Shown piece by piece: positions 1-9,376 of a DNA stretch of 20,000 bases (positions are counted from its first letter, which is position 1; each line of letters starts with the position of its first letter). The DNA comes from Chromera velia (taxonomy: Eukaryota), in contig JAHBMJ010000355.1 of NCBI GenBank assembly GCA_018398765.1, positions 110,368 to 130,367 on the forward strand, written 5' to 3'. The translations under genes were made by a program, and so were the position numbers. Below the pieces are notes generated by a model, which was given only the letters and a program-made list of their open reading frames with translations, had not been told where the DNA came from and searched no databases.

Positions 1-770
1 GGTGGCTGTTGCCATACATCTCCTACCTTCCTCTCCGCTCCCCTTCTGTCGGGCCGTCAGTTGAGAGAGGGAAGAGGGAGAAAGGGGAATGGATAACAAG
101 GACGAACAAGGTCGCACATAGAAAGAGAGTACAGAAATTGATCAAAGACGAAACGACCAGACTCAGTCACCCGCATGACAGGGAAGAGCTGATTCTTTCC
201 TGACAGCAAGCAAGCTGCCTTCGTGGCAAGAAATACAGTCTGTCAGGAGACCTTCGTATCCTTTCATGACGTCTCGATCTCTTTTATCTTTTCTCAACAT
301 TCCCCTTTTTCCGTTAATTCTGTCACTTACCTCGCGGCTTCTCTTCTCTTCCTCTGGCCCTTCCTTCTCCTAGCTCCCGCCTCCTATTCATTTCCTTCCA
401 CAGAATGAATCGTCACTCCCTCCCTAGCTGCATCATCGGAAGGACAAAGGGATTCATGTAGCTTGGTGATGTGCGTGCATGCCCACCCAATCATCAATCC
501 CCTTTCTTTACCTTTTTCCTTTCGTTCTTTCTTTCTTTCTTTCTTTTTTTCTTTCTGACTGGCGTGTTGTCTGCCCGATTGACACCTGGACGGTTGCTCG
601 ATCGACCGGTGGGTTGCGCAGGCGGGGAATCCAGTGGGAGCTGTTCTCACTCCTTTCTGATTGGATGCCACGGAATCGGGGTGGACGAATCCTTTTTTTT
701 CTTCTGACAGGAAGCCTTAGGGACCAACCGACAATTCGAGTCGCCGTCTCTTGACGTACTCCTGCCTGCC

Positions 771-809
771 TGACTGAGGACTGCATTGATTGACTGAGGA
801 CTGCATTGA
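771..809. repeat. 19-bp tandem duplication (period 20)
   Basis: TGACTGAGGACTGCATTGA at 771-789 and 791-809. Confidence 0.9.
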
Positions 810-1236
810 ATGCATGACCTTGATTGCATGATGGCATTTGATGCATCACGCAAACAAACAGTGCACGGATCGATGGATCAATGGAGGTGCGCATCCGGTA
901 GAAATAAAGCAATGTGCTAGGCAATCATGTGTTTAAACGCAGTCTCGCAGGCAGACTGACTGGTGTTGGCTGCACTTCAGTGCATGCGGAGGTGATCATA
1001 GATTGGCGGTTGGACCTTCATCGTGCACGAGCACAGCCTGCTGACAGCTTTAGACAGCTCATGCATGCATGCAGGCAGAAGATTCAAACAGTGAATCAAA
1101 CTCGGGGTGTTATCCATTGTGCACTGGCACTCATTCACAAGTTGACGGTCAACATATCGGTGGGTCGATGAAGGTTGGTCCGGGACCCCTGGGCGATACA
1201 CAAAGAGCCGTTTGTCACGTCGAACTTGAATCACTT

Positions 1237-1256
1237 GTCACTCTCTAGGTCACTCT
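1237..1256. repeat. 8-bp direct repeat flanking CTAG (putative transposon excision footprint)
   Basis: GTCACTCT-CTAG-GTCACTCT. Confidence 0.75.
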
Positions 1257-1691
1257 TAGTTACTCTCAATATCTATTTGTAGCGATCGAGCAAGAATGAA
1301 ATATTAAATGCTAGATTATAAATGCTGTAAAATTTTAAATTTCATCATCGTGTTCATTCTATTTTAAAATATTTGCCTAGTTGTCAGAGGAAGAGATTGA
1401 CTTGCCTGAGATGGTTCAAGAATTCGAAAGAGAGAAAGAAAAGGTTTTGATGGGACTGAGTTGAATGATTTTCATGCTTCCGGAACCTTGTAATGATTGC
1501 GCTGATTTGCATACGCTGATGCTGGGGTCCTTTCCATTCTTTCCTTTTTGCGTTCTGCCCAGGGATGAACAGAGTTAAGGGGGGGAATGGTTGTTGGGAA
1601 CAATCTTGGGAACCAGAAAGACTTCATACGCGCACGCCGAGCGATAAAGAAAGTGCAAGGCGATGTCAGGCAGTAAGCACCGCGCGCGCAT

Positions 1692-2322
1692 CTAGGGTTG
1701 GGCACTAAAGTTTTTTTTATAATATAGTTTGCCTGAAAAACTTTAAACTTTAACTTTAAAACTTTAAAATAAACATGCAACTATTTATATGTGATAAGTG
1801 ATTTAGCCATGCCCTTAAGCACTGTCGCCGTTTTATAACTTTTGTCTCATGCAGTATAGAGGTCGCCCCCGCAAATGGTAAGTGGATCTAGAAGACGTTG
1901 CGAGAGAATTTGATTTCATTTATATCGTTATATATCGTTACGGGTAGTTGCGAGCAAAGTTCCGCTGAGTCCACCGTCATTTTCCCCTTGCTCTGCTTCT
2001 AACTCTAACTAATTTATAACTTTTCCGCTAACTTTTCCGTCGCCGATGATTATTTCTGATGTGCATGAACATAAATTTAAACCTGAATAGCTAGCTGAAT
2101 AGACTAAGCTCCTAGAGTCCTAGTTAAGCTCTAGGACTGAACTTTTGTTACCTTCTTAGTATATAAGCTAGTTGATATGACTTAAAATTGATTTAATTAT
2201 GACTGACTTAATTAAAGATTTATTAAAAAACTAATTGAAAAATTTTTTTTTAAAATAAAGTCTGGAGGGCAAAAAAAAACTTTAACAAAAAAAAACTTTA
2301 AAACTTTAGTGTCCAACCCTAG
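1692..2322. mobile_element. 631-bp non-autonomous TIR element (MITE) with CTAG termini and an 8-bp TSD
   Basis: TIR CTAGGGTTGG(G/A)CACTAAAGTTTT at 1692-1714 and inverted at 2300-2322, 22/23 identical. Flanks GCGCGCAT (1684-1691) and GTGCGCAT (2323-2330), 7/8. AT-rich interior with subterminal AAACTTT repeats and no coding capacity. Confidence 0.85.
2083..2102. repeat. 8-bp direct repeat flanking CTAG (putative footprint), nested inside the MITE
   Basis: CTGAATAG-CTAG-CTGAATAG. Confidence 0.7.
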
Positions 2323-2701
2323 GTGCGCATACAGAGTGCTCATGCAGTTTGCAATGCATGCATGAATACATTATACATGGAAAAAGAAATACCACAGAAG
2401 TGAGTTCACATAAAACGGAATGACAGAGAGACAGAACAGACATCAGAAAGAGGGACACAAAAAGATACAGAGGTGACATGTATTTAAGTGGACCAATACA
2501 AACGAATACGGTAGTACATGCACGACACGTGCACACATGCAGTCTGACTGACCGATCGTATCTGTTCTGAGTAGCCAACCTGGAATCTCTCTAGAAGGAG
2601 TCGAAAGATGAACGACCAGACGAACAGACCGTTGCGTAGATACACGTAAGTAGAAGTCGTAGCCCTATACGCTAGCCCTCCGTATGCTCAACAATCTTTA
2701 A

Positions 2702-2721
2702 AAGTTTTCCTAGAAGTTTTC
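2702..2721. repeat. 8-bp direct repeat flanking CTAG (putative footprint)
   Basis: AAGTTTTC-CTAG-AAGTTTTC. Confidence 0.7.
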
Positions 2722-2963
2722 TAAAAAAATAAGTTTTACGCTTTCACTGCCTTTCAGCAGCTTTCTTACGCAGCTATCAAACTTGAAGTCACGCTGAATT
2801 TCTCACTTCTAAAAAAGCTATAAAACTAGTGACTTTAAAATTGATTAGTTATTTGACAAATTTAATTGACAGTTCATGAGATTTGAGTATCACCAGACTC
2901 CATGTCAAATGGTCTACATGTACAAAGGAACAGAGCACTTTGAGTTTTTCCAGTATGTCTATT

Positions 2964-5009
2964 TCAGAACCCGTGTGCCCCGAAGAGCTGAGTCAAGTAG
3001 AAAGACCCGTCAGGTGACTGTGATATTCCAATCCCACACACAGAGAACTTCCCCCGCAGGTTTCGTTCGTGCCCTGGCGATTTGATCCATCCATCGACCG
3101 CCATCTTGGCGACCTGAAACACCCCCTTGTTCATCGCAACGTTCTCTGCTGACTGGACCGATCGGAAGGGGTAAGCCTTAAACCGCTCATTTGCACCATC
3201 ATGCCCGAAAGGCACACGCCCAGCAGCCATGTTTTGGGAATGGCCCTGTGCGATTCGACACAGGGCGTCTGACCAAATGAGAGCGTTCAACCCTAGTTTC
3301 CGTCGGTATTCGTTCGTAAAATCCAAGGCCTGTTTGCCAATGTAGACGGGGTCAAGTTCCTGATTTCGGATTTCTGCCAGAGACTTGGGGGCATTCCACC
3401 TCCGTCTCTCGTCCTCTGCGTACTTTCCGGGGCCGTCTCCTTCTTTCCCCCTCGACTCCCGTCTCTGCCGGTCCCCCCCTTCCAGTGTTCCCAAGAAACG
3501 TTTCGTCTCCTCGGCTGTCATGCCACGCAAGCTGAACGTCTGCTGCTGCTGTCGAGAGGCGCTGCCGGGGCGAGAACCGGAAGAAGAAGAAGCAGAAGGA
3601 AAAGACGGGACTAGTCCCCCACCCCCTCCCCCACCGGAGACGGCCGCATGCCGCTGTTGCGCCATCAGCCGGGCCGCCAAAAGTTGCGACTGCGCGTCTT
3701 GTCGGGCTGTGTCGCCCTTAGTCCTTCGCTGAAACTCAAACGCACCTCCACCCCCTCCACGCCCCTGCCGCCCTCCCCCCTGCTGACGCTGGTTCACCTC
3801 CCCACCCGCAGCTGCTGATCCCTGCGCGGGGGGCAGGGGACTCCTGCTTCTTCCTGCCCCCCTCCCTGCTCCTCCGGCTGCCCTCGTTCTCGATTCGTGA
3901 ATCTCTGCAAGGAATCTCCGCTGGGAGATGCCACTTACGCCTGCTGCTGCTCCTCCAGCTGCTGCTGCTGCTGCTTTTGAAGTTTGTTGCTGGTTCTGTC
4001 GCTGTTTTGCTGGGGGCAGCTGGGCAGTGCCAGGCTTTTTGTTTGCTGCCTGTTCGGCAGGGGGGATGGCTGAGGGGTCTATCTCAACGATGAGGTCCTC
4101 AAGGAGACCTAGAGCAACTGCGAGGGTGTCAATGAGGGCAGCCTGGGAAGGAGACAACTCGGATAGAATCGGAGGGGGGGCGGGAGCCTCAGGGGATGAA
4201 AGGGGGAGGCACATCTGGAGGGGGTCTTCTGGGGATTCGATAAAGCCACTGGCTTTCATGAAGTCCTTTGCTGCTGGGAAAGCACCGATGGTTTGTGAGA
4301 TTTTTGGATTGGTGAGTTTGAAGGAATGAAATTTGGTTTCGAGTGGTTTCTCCGTCACGTTGTTCAAAAGAGTTCTCATAATCTTCATCGTCTGCAGTCG
4401 TTTCTCTGAAACATTCAGAGGCGTGATGGTCGGGTTGGGGGGGTGAGAACCATCGGGAGGGGAAGGAGAAAAGGGGAAGGGACTGGGCTCCATGAGAAAG
4501 AGAGGCTCCAAGGCACTCACAATTCTCTCCAACGACTCTTCGGACACAGTCGAAGAAGATGGAACATTTTCTCTCCCCTCCTCGTCTTCCCTTCCTTCTT
4601 CATCGTCTTCATCTAGAGTGAGGTCGATGAGCGGAGGCTGATCAGAAACCTCTGCGGGGGGGGGAGAAAGATCACCACCTGCCTCCCCTCGCTGTTCGTT
4701 TCCCTCACCCCCACCCTGAGCAGGAAAGGAGCACTCCCCCCTGGCTGCTTTTTCCAGAACAAAATTGACAACAAACTGACGGGAGGGCAAAATGTCTCCA
4801 TTTGCCCGCACAGCTTCATAGATGCATGTGCGAAGAGAGGCCACTTCTTCTGAAGGGAACACCTCCATCAACTCCCTCAAGAGAGCTTCTGCAGATTCCG
4901 CTCCCTGTCCTTCTCCCTCACCGTCTCCAACCAGCAACTGGCGCCCCAGCTCCCTCTCTCCATCCGCATCCCGGTACCCTCCCGCCTCCCCTCCTGCCAT
5001 CTGTCCCAT
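2964..5009 (-). CDS. Intronless 681-aa protein: N-terminal CUE-like ubiquitin-binding motif, SIM-like motif, PUB (p97/VCP-binding) domain, long G/Q/A-rich linker, C-terminal CAP/SCP (YkwD-like) domain
   Basis: Uninterrupted ORF with an in-frame TGA 7 codons upstream of the ATG. PUB-like segment aa ~203-268 (KIMRTLLNNVTEKPLETKFHSFKLTNPKISQTIGAFPAAKDFMKASGFIE). CAP signature in the last ~120 aa (TNEYRRKLGLNAL, AQGHSQNM, FGHDG, AENVA, VDGWIKSPGHERNL, GIGI, YLTQLF). CUE-like LRELMEVFPS...NGD...FVLE at aa ~40-87. LIDLT plus acidic run at aa 127-144. Domains recognised by eye. Confidence 0.9.
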   Translation of the reverse strand: MGQMAGGEAGGYRDADGERELGRQLLVGDGEGEGQGAESAEALLRELMEVFPSEEVASLRTCIYEAVRANGDILPSRQFVVNFVLEKAARGECSFPAQGGGEGNEQRGEAGGDLSPPPAEVSDQPPLIDLTLDEDDEEGREDEEGRENVPSSSTVSEESLERIVSALEPLFLMEPSPFPFSPSPPDGSHPPNPTITPLNVSEKRLQTMKIMRTLLNNVTEKPLETKFHSFKLTNPKISQTIGAFPAAKDFMKASGFIESPEDPLQMCLPLSSPEAPAPPPILSELSPSQAALIDTLAVALGLLEDLIVEIDPSAIPPAEQAANKKPGTAQLPPAKQRQNQQQTSKAAAAAAGGAAAGVSGISQRRFLAEIHESRTRAAGGAGRGAGRSRSPLPPAQGSAAAGGEVNQRQQGGGRQGRGGGGGAFEFQRRTKGDTARQDAQSQLLAARLMAQQRHAAVSGGGGGGGLVPSFPSASSSSGSRPGSASRQQQQTFSLRGMTAEETKRFLGTLEGGDRQRRESRGKEGDGPGKYAEDERRRWNAPKSLAEIRNQELDPVYIGKQALDFTNEYRRKLGLNALIWSDALCRIAQGHSQNMAAGRVPFGHDGANERFKAYPFRSVQSAENVAMNKGVFQVAKMAVDGWIKSPGHERNLRGKFSVCGIGISQSPDGSFYLTQLFGAHGF

Positions 5010-5890
5010 CGTCCAGATCAGAGGGAATCAATCTGGTTCACTCTCTACGGACGCAGTTGGAACTCGAATTGATTTGATTGATTCAGAACCCAAATTCTTG
5101 CCGTCTCCGGAGGGCTTTCAAGGGACTCTCTCGCAAGCTTGATATTGTGCCGAGCTTTGATATTTTGCCTTTACAGGTTCAAGCGAGATCACAGGAGCTC
5201 CTTCCTACTGACAGCAACTTGCAACTTCTTCTCTTAATACGTAGCTCCCCTGAAGTTTCTGCGTTTGCTTTTGACAAGATCTGCGAAGTCATCAAAAAGG
5301 ATACCTCCGTAAATTTTTGTGGTGACTCTGCCGGCGTCCTGCCGGTGGCCCCGGAAAGCTCCGCCGCACATGTTGGAAGCCGCTTTGAAGGGCCACGCGC
5401 ATGCATATGCAGGAATTTATGAGCAACGCTGAAGTTTACTATAGTTTATACTCAGAGTGTCTGACCGATGTCTGACCGTCATCATGCAGATCGTAATAGA
5501 TCGTATCAATTGAGCTAGGCTGCACGACTGCACACAAGAAGATCCCTGCATGAGCAGTACATACAGCCCAGTTGAGATTGTGCCAAGAGTTTAAGTTGCT
5601 TTTGAACTTTCCCATCAAACCGTTCTGATCGATCGCACTCTGGATCGACTCTCATCATGAACTCCGGTCGTCTCTCTTTCCTCCAGCTTCAGTCTGCCTT
5701 CCTAGATCAGGCAGGCGCTCTACGATAGAGCTAGTCCGTCCGTGGAGGCGCCCTCCCGCTCACTTTTTGTTTGCGACGTGAGCAAAACATAAAGCAAAGC
5801 ACGATAGACTAGGGTGTGAAAAAGTTTTTCGTTCCAAAACGCAACCGAAGGAACGCATCAAGAACTAAGGCAAGGAGGAGCTAGGCGAAC
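5010..5890. promoter_or_regulatory. Shared upstream region (probable bidirectional promoter plus 5' UTRs) of the divergent gene pair
   Basis: 881 bp between opposite-facing start codons. Contains GCATGCATATGCA at 5399-5411. No transcription start can be located from sequence alone. Confidence 0.55.
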
Positions 5891-6025
5891 ATGGGGAATG
5901 AGGAACCGCTATCGCCTGCGCAGGCAGAGCCCACTCAGGCCGACCTCTCTCCTGTCGCACCCACCGCCAATGGGGGACCGCAACCGCCCCAGGCCTCCCA
6001 GACGAAGGAGCTGCAAAGAGTCAAG
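5891..6025 (+). CDS. MFS transporter exon 1 (MGNEEPLSP...ELQRVK)
   Basis: ATG at 5891, 45 codons, donor AAG|GTGAGT, in phase with exon 2. Confidence 0.8.
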
Positions 6026-8085
6026 GTGAGTGCGTCTCGAGTAGCAAGCAAGTAATCCCTCTGGATACAAATCTTCCCCCCGCCTGTCTCCTCTTGCGCC
6101 CCCTTTTTCCGAGCCCCTTTGCCTGGCCCCTGCTCTGTGCATGCATGTGCCCCCTTTGCGCTACGCACGCACGCAGGTGGGCCATCCAAGGGAGGACGTG
6201 GGGTACACGAAGTGGGTGTTCGCGTCCTTCGTCGTGATCTCCACTCTGGTACAGTTTGACTCGGGCATCGTCCCCTCCTCCCTCATTGAGATCCAGGGGG
6301 TCCGTCAGCTTGCTTGCTCACTGTCATTCCTCCTTTCGCTTGTGTCTGCACAGGAAAAGGGAGTATGAGGCATTGCCGTGCTCTTCTTCGGAAGAGAAGA
6401 AGGGAAGGAAGGAAGGAAAGATCGCGGCTCTCCCGACTGCCAGGTTGAGGCTGAGGTTCGACGGAAAGGAGGAAGGAGAGGGGTCCCGGTGGAGGGCGCG
6501 CGCGCGCGCGCGCGCGCGCGCGCGCGCGTGTGTGTGTGTGTCTGTGTCAACAATGTCCGCGTGCCCCCCTCACCAGCTGGATTTGCACAGCAGATGGATG
6601 GGTGGATGCATGCATGGCCATGTGTGGCTGCCTGCTTGTGTCTATGTGTATGCATGTATGCATGTGGGTGTGTTTGTATGGCTTCCTGCAGCAATTTGGA
6701 ATGAATGCCTCGGAGGCAGGGCTCCTCGGGGCCCTCCCCTATATCGGGGTCGTGGTTGCGAGCGTGCCGGTCTCCCGTCTCCTCCAAAAGAACGGGTGGC
6801 AGCAGACGGTACTCTTCTGGGGCCTGTTGTTGAATCAGGGATCCCTCGCGCTCCTAGCACTCGCTTGGGAGAGAGGGCTCCTCTACACGTCCCGTATTTT
6901 GATCGGCATGACTCAAGTCAGTGCATGCATGGCCCTCTCCCTCTCTGTCTCTGTCTCTCTCTCTCTCGTTGAGTGTTCTGCTTTTTGCAATCGTCGTGAT
7001 CACTATGAGGGATTCCCATCTTCTGAAGGGGGGGAGGGTTCCTGTGTTGTTCTTCATTGCCTCCGGCTGGCTTGCTGCAAATTAGGTCCGCTGCTCCTCT
7101 CTTCCGGTTGTCTCTTGACTGACAAGGATCGAGGGCTTCCCTCCCTCCCGGCCATCTCCCTCCGCCCTGTCATTTCATTTCCTCCACTCCCCTCTGTTGC
7201 TTCTCTGTCTCAATCAAGCATCTCTCTCTTTCTCTCTCTCTCACACACACACACACTTTCTGTCTGTCTGTTTGTCTCTCCCCTGCCCACTTTGTCAGAG
7301 TTTTCGTGATGTTCTTTTATCTCTGTTGCTTTCTTTCTGTTTGTCTGTTGTGTTGATGAAGAAGAGGAGGGAAAAAGAAACCATATAGTCTGTCTGTCTG
7401 TCTGTCTGTCTGTGTGTGTGTGTGTACACGATGGATGGATGGGGGCATGATGGATGGATGGATGGAATGATGCATGCAGACGGTGGTTGCGGTGTACGGC
7501 CCTGTGTGGGTGGACGAATTCGCTCCTCTGGAAAGCGCCACTTTGTGGATGGCCCTGATCCAAGCTGCCAATGTGCTCGGCGTGACTGTCAGTCATCTTT
7601 CTTTGTCAATCAATGAATGAATGGATGGATGAATGAATGAATGGATGGATGAATGAATGGATGGATGAATGAATGAGTGAATGGATGGATGAATGAATGA
7701 ATGAATGGATGGATGAATGAATGAATGGATGGAGGGGTTTCGTTGAATCAACCAGCCTGCTTTGTGTGAGAATCAGAAAAAGCTCCCGTGCTCTCTTTTG
7801 TAGTTTTGCTTCTTCTTCGCAGCGCTCTGGATTTAATTTCATGAAGTGTTTTTTTCTGCTTCTCTCCTCTTGCCGATGCTGCTTCTCCTTTTTTTTCGGC
7901 ATAGCTGTTGAGGGAAGGTGTGTGTGGGGGCGGGGGTGGAAGCAGTCGGAAGCAAGGAAGGGACAGAGGCAGGGGGCAAATTGTGGCAAAGAGAGTGACA
8001 TGTGGACATGGCGGGCGGTGAGACAAAGCAAAGCTACAAAAAGCGGATGAGAAACGACAAAATTCAAAGACGAAACGTCGCCCTA

Positions 8086-8123
<38 letters not shown>

Positions 8124-8676
8124 TTCTTGTGTGCAGTTTGGGTATGCAATTGCTGGAGGATTCATTTCGGCAGGTGGGCCATCATTTTTTCCTTTTGTGT
8201 CGATTTGCTTGGATGATGCGCTTTCTTTTTTCTCTTTCCTGTGCTGTCCTGTCCTTTATCCAACAACCGTCAGATTGTGTGTGTATGAGAAGTTAGTTCG
8301 TCGTTTGTTTGTACGTGGAGGGTCTAAAGAAAGAAAGAAAGAACCCTGCTGCCCTGTGCACAGTCCCTTTCTTCCTTCTTTCCTTCCTTCCTTCCTCTCA
8401 GGTCTCCCTTGGCAATTCGCCGTGTGGCTTCAACTTATCCTTCAGGGCCCTGTCACACTCTGCACAGGTCTCCTGGTCTCCTGGAGAAAGTCAGTCAGTC
8501 AGTCAGTGTATGCATTCATTCTGATGAAAATAAATGGATGCACAGGTGTCCTCGTCTCCTGGAGAAAGTCAGTCAGTCAGTCGGCAGTTAGTCGGGGGAC
8601 GCTCTCTTTGCAGCCGATCTCGGTGGCAGCTGGGAGGGCAGGTTGGCTCGATCGTTTGTTGGTCTGTAGAAGGAGG

Positions 8677-8718
<42 letters not shown>

Positions 8719-9251
8719 GTGGTTCTGGTTCTGTGTATTAATGAATGAATGAATTTTTGTTTGTTTGTGTGTTTCTGGCGGGTCGTCAGGGAAGAAGAAC
8801 GCAGAAAGGGACCTCGGATTGCACGCACATGTTTTTGTTCTTCCGTTCTAGCTATCTGTCTGACGGCTGGCTCTATTGCTTTGCCGAATCTCGAAGACGC
8901 ACTCACGCGCGCGGTTAACCATTCATCTGTACATTGACTAGTTTGTTCCAGGACAGCAGGTCCCGCGCAGTATGCGACCCATTCAATGAATACACGCAAA
9001 GGTGCACGAATGAATTCGATCTATCGAGATATCGACCTGTCTGCACGAACGATCGATGTCCCTGTGAAGACTGCAAGGCATTTCTTTCTTTCCTTCCAGT
9101 TTTGAAGCAGCAGCGCGCAGATGGATGGAACGCGTGTCTACTTGCTCCTCAGCTTTTTCTTTTCTTGTGCGTCTACGTCCTCTCCCCCTCTCTTTTCCTC
9201 TCCCTCTGTCTCCTGCCCACCCCCCTTCTCTCTGTGTGTGTGAACGAACAC

Positions 9252-9291
<40 letters not shown>

Positions 9292-9336
9292 GTACATCAA
9301 CCTCCCGGATCCGGAGGAGCTGAAGGTTGGTAGGGC

Positions 9337-9376
<40 letters not shown>

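Noticed and set aside
1..1234. Short ORFs and acceptor-like sites (CCACAG at 403, TGACAG at 710) suggesting the 3' end of a plus-strand gene
   Set aside because: The segment after 403 has stops in all three frames. No consistent exon chain or recognisable protein could be built, although a terminal exon or UTR remains possible.
1693..1699. TAGGGTT resembling a telomeric repeat
   Set aside because: Single copy at each end of the MITE; it is part of the TIR, not an array.
1692..2322. Assignment of the MITE to the hAT superfamily (TAGGG start, 8-bp TSD)
   Set aside because: The TSD registers only with CTAG termini, and intact-TSD scars retaining element bases do not fit hAT hairpin excision. 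Left unclassified.
3385..5422. Plus-strand ORFs overlapping or adjoining the PUB-CAP gene, and minus-strand ORF 5179-5406
   Set aside because: Antisense shadows of a GC-rich CDS or UTR ORFs with no protein-like features; no supported splice link to the main ORF.
7613..7731. Repeat array considered as CRISPR-like or coding
   Set aside because: Simple tetranucleotide microsatellite without unique spacers, in a eukaryotic intron.
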